Below are positions 9,020-18,877 of a stretch of 64,000 nucleotides of DNA, piece by piece (position 1 is the first letter of the stretch; each line of letters begins with the position of its first letter). The DNA lies in the sequence record NC_135729.1, one strand, 5' to 3'. Source of the DNA: a phage. The translations under genes were made by a program, and so were the position numbers. A model generated the notes under the pieces. It had not been told where the DNA came from. It saw only the letters and a program-made list of their open reading frames with translations, and made no database searches.

Positions 9020-9333
9020 TGATCAGTCTCCTTCTTGTTAAGTCTGAATACTGCAATAATAGCATTCCCAAGGTGCAGTGTCAAATCATTTCCAAGATAC
9101 CACAGCATTCCACGGTCATCTTTGATGAAAGGGTAGCAATTTGGTGCCTTCCAGACATTGTACACTTTCCCAACCTGAAAGAAATCAGGCCCTGTTGGGA
9201 TTTTAGTGCCTGGCCACACTTGAGATACCTGAACACACTCCACCTGCATAATAACAGGGATAGTCATGGATGTAAATGTTTTTGTTGGTTCTACTACCAT
9301 AAAAGTCTCCTCTTTGCTCAACAACACTTCCAT
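9016..9333 (-). CDS. hypothetical protein
   Basis: track ORF 9016-9390 overlaps polymerase exon 2; internal Met (MEVLLSKEE) start at 9333 preferred. Confidence 0.3.
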   Translation of the reverse strand: MEVLLSKEETFMVVEPTKTFTSMTIPVIMQVECVQVSQVWPGTKIPTGPDFFQVGKVYNVWKAPNCYPFIKDDRGMLWYLGNDLTLHLGNAIIAVFRLNKKETDQ

Positions 9334-9349
9334 GTGTTGATAGTTTACA

Positions 9350-9703
9350 TTAGTGACAATCACCCCAATTACGACCACACAGGTATTCACCTGTGATCTG
9401 GAACGGGACGCCCATCATTTTAGAAGCTTGCCAGAAGCAATGCACCACCATTTCACCCACAGGGCTCCAGATAAGTTCAAGCTTTCCGTCATCGTTCAGG
9501 ATAGGATCGTACACCGTGTTTCCGTCTCTGTCAACCACTTCGTTTCCGTCCTCATCCTTGCGTGCCTTTTTGTACTTATGACCGTCGAACACATGAAGTT
9601 TGGCTTCCTGCTCTGCCTTAAATGCTTCCAATTCTTCAATTGTGTCGAAGGTGTACACAGTCTTATACTTAGGCGTGTCAGGGACCTGAAGTTGGTACTC
9701 ATC
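9350..9703 (-). CDS. DNA polymerase, family A, exon 2 (C-terminal)
   Basis: begins DEYQLQ..., completing motif C (H-DE) with the last His of exon 1; ends GRNWGDCH like T7 (GPNWAICH) and Klenow (GENWDQAH) C-termini. Confidence 0.75.
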   Translation of the reverse strand, partial: DEYQLQVPDTPKYKTVYTFDTIEELEAFKAEQEAKLHVFDGHKYKKARKDEDGNEVVDRDGNTVYDPILNDDGKLELIWSPVGEMVVHCFWQASKMMGVPFQITGEYLCGRNWGDCH

Positions 9704-10546
9704 CATCTGTTCAGGTAGGTCGTTAAGCTACCCCGCACCATTACGTGCATAGCCATACAGTTTCCTGTATGGATCGGACTACCTCACTGCCTTGGTAACA
9801 AGGCACCTCCCATTTCGACCGCACTTGCTGGCCTACTCTACTCGCTTCTTCACACCAACCTGTGTTGGAGCTATGCTTTCGATAGTCTCTGAACGTTACT
9901 ACCAGGTGTAGTTTTTAGAGATATGTTTCCACTGTCTTCTTTGCTTTATAGCCCTGACGGTCTCATAAGGATATCCAAGATCCCTAATCTCGCATTGTCG
10001 TAGACCACTCTGCAACAGTTCGCAAATCTCTATTACCTCATCTTCTGTCAGCACAGCGTTGGCATTATACTCACCAACTGGCCTTACTCTGAGGTCATTA
10101 TCATAGGCGTGCTTGATATTTCCACCAGGGGTGGTCCATTCCAGGTTCCAGTATGCATTGTTGTACTTATTCCCATCCTTATGGTTCACCCATGTGAGCC
10201 TTTCAGGATCTGGGTTTGATACAAAGCATTCAGCAACCAGGTGGTGGACACCTTTTGTGCACTGCTTCCCCTCGATTAGCATGGTTACGCAAAGGTAACC
10301 TCTACCATTATCAAAACAAAACATTGCTGTATGATCACGTTTCGATAAAGGTATTGTTCCATCATCAAACACGGTATACCCGTGATAATCAGCTGTTCTA
10401 GCCATTTTAACTACACCCCTTTAGTCTTCGCTGCGGATTAGCATATTGAGCTTTTACCATACTCAGGTGTAAAAGTCAACTTAGCTTTCCCGTCAATTAA
10501 AGAGGTTATTCGACATAGATCACTCTATGAAGCCACAATGTTATTT
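9704..10546 (-). mobile_element. group I self-splicing intron with HNH homing-endonuclease ORF
   Basis: minus-strand core elements: P-like TTAATTGACGGGAAAGC, Q AATCCGCAGC, R GTTCAGAGACTA, S-like AAGCATAGCTCC; exon 1 ends in U (..CAU), intron ends in G; candidate P1 pairing exon CCAU with intron GUGG (U.G at the splice site); in-frame stop right after the exon-1 His. Confidence 0.75.
9899..10405 (-). CDS. HNH homing endonuclease (intron-encoded)
   Basis: GVHHLVAECFVSNPDPERLTWVNHKDGNKYNNAYWNLEWTT = H-N-H His-Me finger motif; sits between the Q and R elements of the intron. Confidence 0.8.
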   Translation of the reverse strand: MARTADYHGYTVFDDGTIPLSKRDHTAMFCFDNGRGYLCVTMLIEGKQCTKGVHHLVAECFVSNPDPERLTWVNHKDGNKYNNAYWNLEWTTPGGNIKHAYDNDLRVRPVGEYNANAVLTEDEVIEICELLQSGLRQCEIRDLGYPYETVRAIKQRRQWKHISKNYTW

Positions 10547-12970
10547 ATGGTAATAGATAATACGACGGACACCTTCATCGTACCACCCACGCTTCACCAT
10601 TTGGTGGTGCATGAGTATCCCAACTAAGTCACACAGCGATGCACCACCATTCTGTTGGTATGCATTAAGTAAAGAGTGTTTAGATCGGGTCCAGATAGCA
10701 TGACCATCAAAAGAGTAGATAAACTTCTTACCCGTTGCTTCCCAGAATTTCTCCAGATCCTCTTTACGCCCCTTAAGACCAGGGTTGGCATCCCAAAGTG
10801 CATCGATTACCCTTTGTCCCAACTCTGGAGAGATGTCCAGCATATCTGCAACTTTATCTTTTTGTGCCCCGTACATAACCCCATACGTGATAGGTTTACC
10901 GTCGTTACGAGACACCTCTCTGCCTGCTACTTTTGTATATGCCTCAGCATTGTTTTGGTGTGCGTCCCCGTTACTTACAACATCATAATACAAGCCGTTG
11001 TCGAACTCAAAGGCACCCCAAGCCCCGATAAGCTGCTCTAAGTTGGACCCGTCAATACCGATCTCAAAGTATCCTGGAGGAACACCCCACAGACTGCGCA
11101 TCTCTTTACCCATAACCACTTTAGGAGATGGTTTAGGCATGTTTGCACAAATACTGTGTTTCTGTCGGGAAGTGTTTGTTAATCCAGAACTTTTAGCAGG
11201 AAGCTTATGGTCAATCTTCAAACGTGGGTGATTAAGAAGACCAGTATCAACCTTATCCTCCTTGATTGGATCAAGGACCGATCTGCGGTTTCGCAATGAT
11301 AACCACAAGACGATATCTTTAGCCATCTCTCCGTTCAATTTTTCAAGATTTGGGCATAGGTGTCCAAACGTATCTTTCAGCTGCGGAGAAGTAATAAGTG
11401 CTCTGGCTTTTCTACGTATTTTCCCGAATACTTCCTTTTTAATCCTTTCGGAGTTAGGAAAGCTTCGGAACTTGTGCACGGTTGTCTGAAACTTAGCATC
11501 AGTTTTGTTCCAGAAGTTGATAATTAGGTCACAATACTCTGACTCTAAAAGCTCGTCCATGTATGCATATACTCGTGCATCAACATCTGCATCAGGTAGA
11601 GCTTTCTTCTTGCTGTCTTTAGTTACATCCTTAGTTCTCCACATTGTCGGAAGCCAACCAGCACTGATCAGGTATCGCTTAATGTCGTCCTGATTGCTGA
11701 TTTTCATAGGTATCTTGCAGTCCGGCATTCGCTTCTGCTGTAGATCACTTATTGCCTGATCCATCAGCTCTTTAGGTAAAGGTTGTGGTGTGGAAGTGCC
11801 CTTAATATAGCCTCTCAAGAAATCAGCCATCTTATCAGGGTCTTTGCAGCCCATCTCTTCACACCATTTTATCCCCATCTTACTGACATCTCCTGTGGAG
11901 GTAAATGCTCGCTTAGGCGGGGCTTTGAACTCTAAAGCGCTCATGTCTACAGGATAGCCAAGCTTATCTTTTAACCATTTCCAACCATTATTGGAGATTG
12001 TCCCATCTTGGTTAAACGGCTTTTCAGGGAACTTGGGCCGCTGAGACATTGACAGCTCTTTTAAAGGTAGTTGTGGTTCAACACGATCAGCTATTTCTTT
12101 CATCCACGCATCACAACGGTCACGTAAAGCAATAGCTCCATCTATGTCAAAATACACACCCTGACGGGCCTGCAGCTCCATCAGGAAGTGCTGCAGCATG
12201 CCTCGGCATAGTGCGTTCTTCCAGGTGATCTTCTTGAACCCTTTCGGCTTCTCTTTGGCAGGATCGTACATAAAGTTCTGCATGTCAGACTTGCCGTAGA
12301 ATACACCTTTTGATTCCGCTACCAGTTCTTTCCAGAGCAGCTCCTGGATGATAACGTCCTCAAATACACGATCCACATACTTCCACAACGGAAGATCGCG
12401 CCAGTCATCAATTTGAACTTTCTGGTTACCAAGAGCATAGCCCCATGCCATAAGGCCGTGAGGACCAACAGGCTGCATTTTCTTAGTGACCGGGTTGAAT
12501 ACAGAGTCCGGACAACCTTTTGGTAAAGGGCGATCAGGCCACAAGATTCGACTCATCGCCAACGTATCAAACAGGTTAACCTGGTGGTCGTTGATAGTCC
12601 CCATGCATTTAGGATCACGGAACATGTCAAAATGAATACCGGATAATCTTTCCATCAGCATAAAGTCATAACTGTAGCAGTTATGGCAGTTCAAAGCTGT
12701 TGGTGACCAGTCAGAATTGCCTGTAAGCCAACCTTCCAACTCCGAAAAATCTGCTATGCGAACTTCAAAATCTTTATAAAGAGTTTTCTTTGCCAGAATG
12801 AAGTTCTTAGCCTTTTCTATATCCTCCTCGGAGTAGTGTGTGCGGTCATTTAGAGGAAGGAACAGCATAAAACGGTTCTTATTCAGCTCTTTAAACAGAC
12901 CGCAGTGATAATAAAGATCTGGGTCTTCCAGCAAACCGGATGACTCAAAATCGAAAGACCACATACTCAT
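10547..12970 (-). CDS. DNA polymerase, family A with 3'-5' exonuclease domain, exon 1
   Basis: Exo I FDFESSG; motif A DGSNLEQ; motif B RNDGKPITYGVMYGAQ; LNAYQQNGGASLCDL resembles Klenow INAPMQGTAADIIK; ORF stops at ..IIYYH-K-stop exactly where motif C (HDE) is expected (stop at 10541-10543 is intronic). Confidence 0.85.
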
Positions 12971-13028
12971 ATACAGTTCTCCTTAAAGGGGAGGCGGTTG
13001 TACTACCCCTCCCACTCTTTGTTAAACA

Positions 13029-15107
13029 TTAAAAAGGCGTTTCATCATCCTCAAAACCAGGGACCGGGTCAGAGGATGGATCATCGTACTGGAGGTCTTC
13101 CTGCGTGTCAACAGGCTTAACAGTAGGAGTTACAACCTTATCAGCCACAACCTTGCCCATAGGTGTTTCTACAACTGCATGCTCCTGATCCTCAAACATA
13201 GCCTGAGGTCTCCAAACAACCTCCCCACCTTCTCCGTCTGTAAACATTTGCATTTCTTTGTCCCAGTACCAATTACTGGCATCATGGAACTTACCTGTGT
13301 GCGGGTCCATAACCAAAGTGTCAGCAATACCTAGAGTTTTTGCTGGACGGTTTTTAAGACCTACCAGACGGACACGTCCACGAGAACGATCCACCATTTC
13401 TTCGGCCTCGACACCTATGACTACCCAACTCAACTGTTCAAGCCCTGCCGATCCTCGCAAATTCTCTTTTCGCACAGGATACCAGAAAGGTAACGGGTTA
13501 CCATCCTTGTCCTTAGGAGGCACAATCTCTGTACGTTTGAGGTGAGCGATCACCAAGATAAACACGTTAAACTGCTTACAAAACGCAGCCAGCTGAGTCA
13601 TAGCCATGTCCAGTTCTTTTCGCTCATCCTTAACATTAAGCCCTGAAATTACCATGGACAGGTGATCCAGCACAATATAACGGCAATGGTACAGGCAAAC
13701 CATTTGCTTAAGCTTGGTAATCAACTCGTCCACCGGAATAGATCCGAAATGTTTGAACACTTTGATTTTTCCAGCTTTTGCCCATGATTGGTGAATCTCT
13801 GCGTGTTCTTGATCAGTTAAAAACTGGCTAGGATCTTCAACAAACTCTTTAACATCAAACCCTAACTGGTTTGCATACAAGGAGTTAATTGCTTCCTCTG
13901 GGTCCTCCTCAAGATGGATCATGCATAGACGATCATCCTCTTCATAGTCATCGGCCTTCGGGCATGTCGGGTCCATTAGGTATCTTGCAATACAGTGTTC
14001 CAGTTTTTTAGCCACGGTTGTTTTACCGCCGCCTGATGGACCTGTAAGCATTACGAGTGTCCCTTTGTGCAAGCCTTTTAGCATTTTTTGCAGTTTTGGG
14101 AACTCTGCACTGATATCTACCCCGTTGGAAGTCTTTTTCCGCAAAGACTCGATAGAGAAGTCTTCTAAATCCGACACAGCATCAGGCACATATTTAACAG
14201 GGTGCCGGAACATGTTGACAATATCTTCCAGCTTTTTAGCCTTCAGCATGTCTCGGATATCTTTTACACCGTCAGGGTCATTTACTTCACCAGGGTATTC
14301 TACGTGGTAAACGTTATCAGCCATCAAAAATGCTGCGATATTGTGCGTGGCCTCAACACCTTTAATGACGTGTTTTTGCTTCTCTACCTCGTTAGCTGCA
14401 TCGTTATCCATTGCCAGCACAACTGTTCCATAGCTACGGATAAACTTCTCATTGTTTGCAAAAGTATCTACTGCGTTTGCACATCCACAGTTAATTCCAA
14501 CAAAAGGCAGGCAGGGTTTTCCTGCCAAATCACCACCGTTGATAACTGCGTCGATCCCGTCCTGGACCTCTTTAGCCCACTGCTTCACCTTTGCCGGGGC
14601 TTTAGCGTTGGTGAGAATCCCTTTTACTTGTATCTGATATGCAGCCTGCCATGCTGCAATAACATCACCTTCTCCCTCACAAACGTTAATCTGCTTACGG
14701 TTGTTGGAAGATGCACACAGCTTTTGACCAAACATCTGGGAGTTGGCCTTTACGATGCCAACAACGGAGAAATGGCCCCTTTGCTCTTTAGGAATAGTCC
14801 AGTCACGCTTTTTGAAACCAGACAGATTTCCGTAGCGGTCGTAATATGGGAAATATGTTGCAGTGACTGTCACACCGTCTTCTTGGGACAATGCTGATCG
14901 CACACCAAAATATTGTGCAGCCATCAGACCGATATTTTGTTGTGGGACAGGGACAATTTTAGTATTTTCTAAAACAGTCTCTACAGTTTCAACTTCTTTT
15001 TCATCACGATAGTCTCGTTTCACACTTCCCCCACTTTTATACTTAGTTGCTTTCGGGTTTGGCTCACCGAAACGGTTGTATGCAGATGCCATAAATTTAC
15101 TTCCCAT
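13029..15107 (-). CDS. DNA primase-helicase (T7 gp4-like: TOPRIM primase + RecA-fold/DnaB-like helicase)
   Basis: TOPRIM-like VVLAMDNDAANE; Walker A MLTGPSGGGKTT; Walker B YIVLDHLS; 692 aa. Confidence 0.8.
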   Translation of the reverse strand: MGSKFMASAYNRFGEPNPKATKYKSGGSVKRDYRDEKEVETVETVLENTKIVPVPQQNIGLMAAQYFGVRSALSQEDGVTVTATYFPYYDRYGNLSGFKKRDWTIPKEQRGHFSVVGIVKANSQMFGQKLCASSNNRKQINVCEGEGDVIAAWQAAYQIQVKGILTNAKAPAKVKQWAKEVQDGIDAVINGGDLAGKPCLPFVGINCGCANAVDTFANNEKFIRSYGTVVLAMDNDAANEVEKQKHVIKGVEATHNIAAFLMADNVYHVEYPGEVNDPDGVKDIRDMLKAKKLEDIVNMFRHPVKYVPDAVSDLEDFSIESLRKKTSNGVDISAEFPKLQKMLKGLHKGTLVMLTGPSGGGKTTVAKKLEHCIARYLMDPTCPKADDYEEDDRLCMIHLEEDPEEAINSLYANQLGFDVKEFVEDPSQFLTDQEHAEIHQSWAKAGKIKVFKHFGSIPVDELITKLKQMVCLYHCRYIVLDHLSMVISGLNVKDERKELDMAMTQLAAFCKQFNVFILVIAHLKRTEIVPPKDKDGNPLPFWYPVRKENLRGSAGLEQLSWVVIGVEAEEMVDRSRGRVRLVGLKNRPAKTLGIADTLVMDPHTGKFHDASNWYWDKEMQMFTDGEGGEVVWRPQAMFEDQEHAVVETPMGKVVADKVVTPTVKPVDTQEDLQYDDPSSDPVPGFEDDETPF

Positions 15108-15861
15108 TAATTCTGCTCCTTACTACAGGCTCGTTTGCTAAGAATACGGCTTTTGCCCAGCCACGTGGTGTGAGGCTTCGGATCATCTTCGTTCTTGCAC
15201 TCTTTCCACCCAGCTTGGCGTGTTGCATGGAATACCCGCTAACCGCGTCAACTATTTGCGGGACAGGTTTTGTGGCCGGGATTATAAATCCATTACCTAT
15301 CCAGCCGCAAGTTATTTTTGGATAGGCATCACGTGGAGCTATAAATTCAGGAAACCAAGGGTTTACATCATCCTCCGGTAAATACCCGCCATAGTCAGAA
15401 GGATGAAAACGGTAATCAGGTTTGCGCCACAGTGTGGACATAACACCAACAGGATTCTCTACATGCCACGGGCAATCGTAAATCTCTCCCAGCTCTTCCG
15501 CAACCCGAGCATCCTTTACAGCATTAATTTGGATCATGGGGTCCTTAGCCAGCTTTTTCTTAAAATGTGCAGCACCTGATACCGCTAAATGCGTGCACGG
15601 AGGAAATGCAAGAATAAAGTCTGGGGCTGGGTACATGCAAAAAGTTTCCTGAGGGAACCATGGGTCAATCCAATAATCCACATAGTGGATGTTGGGATGA
15701 TCGGTTATCACCTCTGCATAACTGCCGTGATCAGCACCTTCTGCATTGAAGCATAGGCACAGGTACCCAGCTTTTGCCCAGTCAATGACTGCACCACCAG
15801 ACCCGTCAAATAGACTCCACACAACACCTTTGTGGTAGTGTTCTTTGTAGATAAATTTCAA
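15097..15861 (-). CDS. putative DNA (cytosine-5)-methyltransferase-like protein
   Basis: motif I SLFDGSGG (FxGxGG), motif IV AFPPCTHLAVSG (PC-T instead of canonical PCQ), motif VI VENPVG (ENV); short for a MTase (about 254 aa). The track start (GTG at 15891) lies inside the terminator hairpin; TTG at 15861 with an AGGAGA RBS 7 nt upstream preferred. Confidence 0.45.
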   Translation of the reverse strand: MKFIYKEHYHKGVVWSLFDGSGGAVIDWAKAGYLCLCFNAEGADHGSYAEVITDHPNIHYVDYWIDPWFPQETFCMYPAPDFILAFPPCTHLAVSGAAHFKKKLAKDPMIQINAVKDARVAEELGEIYDCPWHVENPVGVMSTLWRKPDYRFHPSDYGGYLPEDDVNPWFPEFIAPRDAYPKITCGWIGNGFIIPATKPVPQIVDAVSGYSMQHAKLGGKSARTKMIRSLTPRGWAKAVFLANEPVVRSRINGK

Positions 15862-15878
15862 TTTGCTGTCTCCTAATG

Positions 15879-15906
15879 CAAAAAGCCCCACCCTTTCGGG
15901 CAGGGC
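15879..15906 (-). terminator. rho-independent terminator
   Basis: minus-strand GCCCTGCCCGAAAGGGTGGGGC followed by CTTTTTGC; same hairpin as at 4269-4290. Confidence 0.6.
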
Positions 15907-15912
15907 CTAGTG

Positions 15913-16395
15913 TTAAACCCGGATACCTATTGTATACTCGGTGGATACCAATGTCAAATCTAAATTTAAAATTTCTTGCATCTCATAGTATGCGTCCAGG
16001 GTGAGATACATTTCCCCATCCTTTTCTACATACTTGTCCAAGTGCTTGAGGCATTTCGGATAACTATCGAGTGCAGCTTTCAGACACTCAAACTCTGTGC
16101 TGTTGATGAGTCCTTCCATCTTGGCTACCCGTTCTGGGGTAACGATAGCACTGTAGTGAGATTTAGCTTCCTGAATGCAATGGGTCCAAGCATCAACTTT
16201 CTCTTCGAAAAGTCCGAAGAATTTCTTTTTAGTGAGCTTCAGATTCTTTAAGTGCTTAAGCACTCGGTTGCCGATCACAGCCACATCACGAAACTTAAGG
16301 ATCACTTTGTCGATATCCTCGCGGCCTATTTTCACAAAGCAAGCCTCACACATTTCAGGAGCTGCGTAACCTACTTTCCACATAAAATCTGACAT
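15913..16395 (-). CDS. hypothetical protein
   Basis: 160-aa ORF; N-terminal WKVGYAAPEMCEAC motif shared with ORF 33311-33511. Confidence 0.4.
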   Translation of the reverse strand: MSDFMWKVGYAAPEMCEACFVKIGREDIDKVILKFRDVAVIGNRVLKHLKNLKLTKKKFFGLFEEKVDAWTHCIQEAKSHYSAIVTPERVAKMEGLINSTEFECLKAALDSYPKCLKHLDKYVEKDGEMYLTLDAYYEMQEILNLDLTLVSTEYTIGIRV

Positions 16396-16407
16396 AACAC
16401 TATCTCC

Positions 16408-16806
16408 TTATTCTTCCTGAAAAGCAACGATATCATATGAACTTGCAGACGATCCTGGTGAAGAATGACTCCAGTCTAGGTCATCAGAGTAGTCAGCGTA
16501 CTGTGCACCACTACGTAGTTTATATTTTACCCACTTACCTGGTGCAGGGTTTTCACCACCTTCCCATACTTCCCAGCCTTCTGGCAGGCCGTCCTGGGGA
16601 TAGTCATCCACCTCACTAATAATCTTAGGGTTTGGCACCAAGATCCCTGCAGGCTCTTCCTTACGGATAAGTGTCCACACAACGTAGGTGTCTGAGCAGG
16701 CGCATGATAGCAAAGTATATCCACTATTCAGAACTTCTGCAAGCTCTTTTTCAGCATCTTCCAATTTGGTTAAGTGGTATTGGATAACCTTCACACCTGT
16801 AATCAT
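16408..16806 (-). CDS. hypothetical protein
   Basis: 132-aa ORF. Confidence 0.4.
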   Translation of the reverse strand: MITGVKVIQYHLTKLEDAEKELAEVLNSGYTLLSCACSDTYVVWTLIRKEEPAGILVPNPKIISEVDDYPQDGLPEGWEVWEGGENPAPGKWVKYKLRSGAQYADYSDDLDWSHSSPGSSASSYDIVAFQEE

Positions 16807-17108
16807 CAGAAACCTCCCACTTCTTCAGCAAATGCAGCTGCTGTCGTCGCCGCATCCAGATAGGACTCTAGTTCACGGGCTGCACGTTTGTAAATTGAGT
16901 GTCGCAAATCGTTTGGCAGTTGGTGGAAGTCCACCTCTTCACCGTTGTGGTAAACATGCACATCGGTAATTTGTCTAAATCCGTAATAGTCAACATCAGA
17001 ATCACGGCACTCCGGGTCTGGCAACTGGACAGCTGCCTGAGCTTCTACAGTAAACATATCGTCAAGTTCGAAATCGATTTCAAAAGTGTATGGTTTATAA
17101 CGTTTCAT
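16806..17108 (-). CDS. hypothetical protein
   Basis: 100-aa ORF; AAGGAAG RBS. Confidence 0.4.
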   Translation of the reverse strand: MKRYKPYTFEIDFELDDMFTVEAQAAVQLPDPECRDSDVDYYGFRQITDVHVYHNGEEVDFHQLPNDLRHSIYKRAARELESYLDAATTAAAFAEEVGGF

Positions 17109-17168
17109 CGTTTAGTGCTTCCTTAGTTTTTGTGGGGAGGAGTGCCTCCCCTTTAGACTCACATCTTA

Positions 17169-17510
17169 CTACTGAAGGTCTTCAGAGTCAAGCTCAAAAA
17201 GAATCAAACTGTGCATACCTGCAGAGAGATCAACACACCCTGCAACAATAAGGGTCTGATAGTAAGGTTCAGCACCCTCGATGTCTTCGTTAAAATCTAC
17301 AACAAGGTAGTCACCTTTGTTAAAGGTGTATTTGTCCGATGTAAACGCAAAACCTGCCCAGTCCCCTACTGCAGGATCTTTATCAGTCACCTTTGTTAGC
17401 AGTAGATCTTTTTCACGAGATCTTTTAGTAAAATCGTGAATCACAACATCCTTCTCTTCAGGAGTTGGATTGCCGCACACGTAGTTAACTATATTTCTCC
17501 ACAAACTCAT
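17169..17510 (-). CDS. hypothetical protein
   Basis: 113-aa ORF. Confidence 0.4.
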   Translation of the reverse strand: MSLWRNIVNYVCGNPTPEEKDVVIHDFTKRSREKDLLLTKVTDKDPAVGDWAGFAFTSDKYTFNKGDYLVVDFNEDIEGAEPYYQTLIVAGCVDLSAGMHSLILFELDSEDLQ

Positions 17511-18877
17511 ACGTCCCCCTCTTCGGCTCTGGTTTCAAAATCTTTCCTGACAATTTTGTCTAAGTCAGGGAATGTTGTATTGTAAAACTCTACGACTCGC
17601 GGGTCAACAATAATGTCAACTTCTCTTAGTGGACGCAACAAGTTTATTCCTTGTATTGTCTTAACTCTACTCAAAGCGACATACGTCATTCCAGGAGAGA
17701 AAGCTCCGTTCTTTCCAAGATCTAGGTTGTAGCAATCTAACGTAAGTCCTTGACTTTTATGAGATGTTACGGCGTACCCAGATTTCAGAGGGAGTTGCTT
17801 GTATGACCCGATCACTACCCTCTCTATAAACTTCTCCATCTTCCTTTCTGCAATGTTGTATCTCTGAGATGGCTTATACTCGTTATTTTCCCACAACCTC
17901 TGCTCTATGTCAACCTGTGTTCCATCTTCAAGCTCTACCACCACCGCCTTGTTCTTAAATTTAACAATTGTGGCACGTGTTCCGTTAACATAATAAGGTA
18001 CTTTGTGCGTCGGGTCAACATCGTTGGCGGTTATCATAACTTTCATGCCAATTTTCAACTTCATCTCCTGCTCAACTGGCAGGGTGGAGGGAAACTTACC
18101 CTTCATTTCACCAGTGTATACCTTCTCTGGGGCGTTGATGGCATCATAGAACCTTCTGTTCACTTCCTCTGCTTGTTTGTTGGTAGCGCAAATTGTGAGA
18201 GCGTCTGTTGGTACACCGCCTTTGTAACAGCGAGCATTAAGTTCTGCTACAACCTCTTTTATGCGACGACCCTCACGAACACAGTTGAGCATTGTGGCAA
18301 ATCGAATAGACTCCTGTCGGAACTGGTCTATTAGGGCTATGTTGTGAAGGTCCAGCTCTTTCCAAGATTCGGTATAGCAACATAGGTCTGTGTGGTAGAA
18401 GTTGAAGTAGGCCTCCTTCTCCATAGAAGAGACAACAGGAGGTGCCTGGTAAAAATCGCCAAACAATATGACCTGTATGCCTCCGAAAGGTTTGTCATTT
18501 TTTCGAAGGAAGCGGAGTTTCCTATCCATCTCTATAAACTTATCAGCACGGATCATAGAGATTTCATCGATAATTAGGATGGTAAATGCCTTGCTTTTCA
18601 AAGGCTTTGCTGTTTTTGCCCTTATTGCAGTCCAGTCAGACTCCATGCTCACACCTGCTGCAAGATCGAAGGTTCGGTGTGCTGTTGCTCCATTAACGTT
18701 TAAAGCGGCTACCCCTGTCGGGGCAACCGTTATGCAAGAGTCTCCATACATTGACTGGATCATGTTGATGAGGTACGTCTTCCCACAACCTGCGGGTCCT
18801 GAAACGAAGACATTCTCCCCACTCATGATTGCAACAAGGGCAGCATCTGTGCCTACATCATACTGCCCTTTTTCCAT
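17507..18877 (-). CDS. SF1B helicase, Dda/RecD/Pif1-like
   Basis: Walker A VFVSGPAGCGKT; Ia ITVAPTGVAA; Walker B LIIDEISMI; III ILFGDFYQAPPV; V YAVTSHKSQGLTLD; VI ALSRVKT. Confidence 0.85.
   Translation of the reverse strand: MEKGQYDVGTDAALVAIMSGENVFVSGPAGCGKTYLINMIQSMYGDSCITVAPTGVAALNVNGATAHRTFDLAAGVSMESDWTAIRAKTAKPLKSKAFTILIIDEISMIRADKFIEMDRKLRFLRKNDKPFGGIQVILFGDFYQAPPVVSSMEKEAYFNFYHTDLCCYTESWKELDLHNIALIDQFRQESIRFATMLNCVREGRRIKEVVAELNARCYKGGVPTDALTICATNKQAEEVNRRFYDAINAPEKVYTGEMKGKFPSTLPVEQEMKLKIGMKVMITANDVDPTHKVPYYVNGTRATIVKFKNKAVVVELEDGTQVDIEQRLWENNEYKPSQRYNIAERKMEKFIERVVIGSYKQLPLKSGYAVTSHKSQGLTLDCYNLDLGKNGAFSPGMTYVALSRVKTIQGINLLRPLREVDIIVDPRVVEFYNTTFPDLDKIVRKDFETRAEEGDV

Noticed and set aside
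10541-12970. Polymerase ORF ending without motif C read as a truncated pseudogene
   Set aside because: The missing C-terminus is present in frame 840 nt downstream (9350-9703) and the interval has group I intron core elements, so a split gene is far more likely than a pseudogene
14202-14897. 231-aa plus-strand ORF inside the primase-helicase gene
   Set aside because: Antisense shadow ORF within a motif-supported minus-strand gene; low-complexity Cys/Val-rich translation
15862-15891. GTG start of the methyltransferase-like ORF at 15891
   Set aside because: It lies inside the terminator hairpin of the upstream gene and has no RBS; a TTG at 15861 with an AGGAGA RBS is preferred
17134-17151. 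Hairpin GGGGAGGAGTGCCTCCCC as a terminator for the minus-strand operon
   Set aside because: No T-tract follows on the minus strand (ACAAAAAC instead); more likely an mRNA stem-loop or processing site
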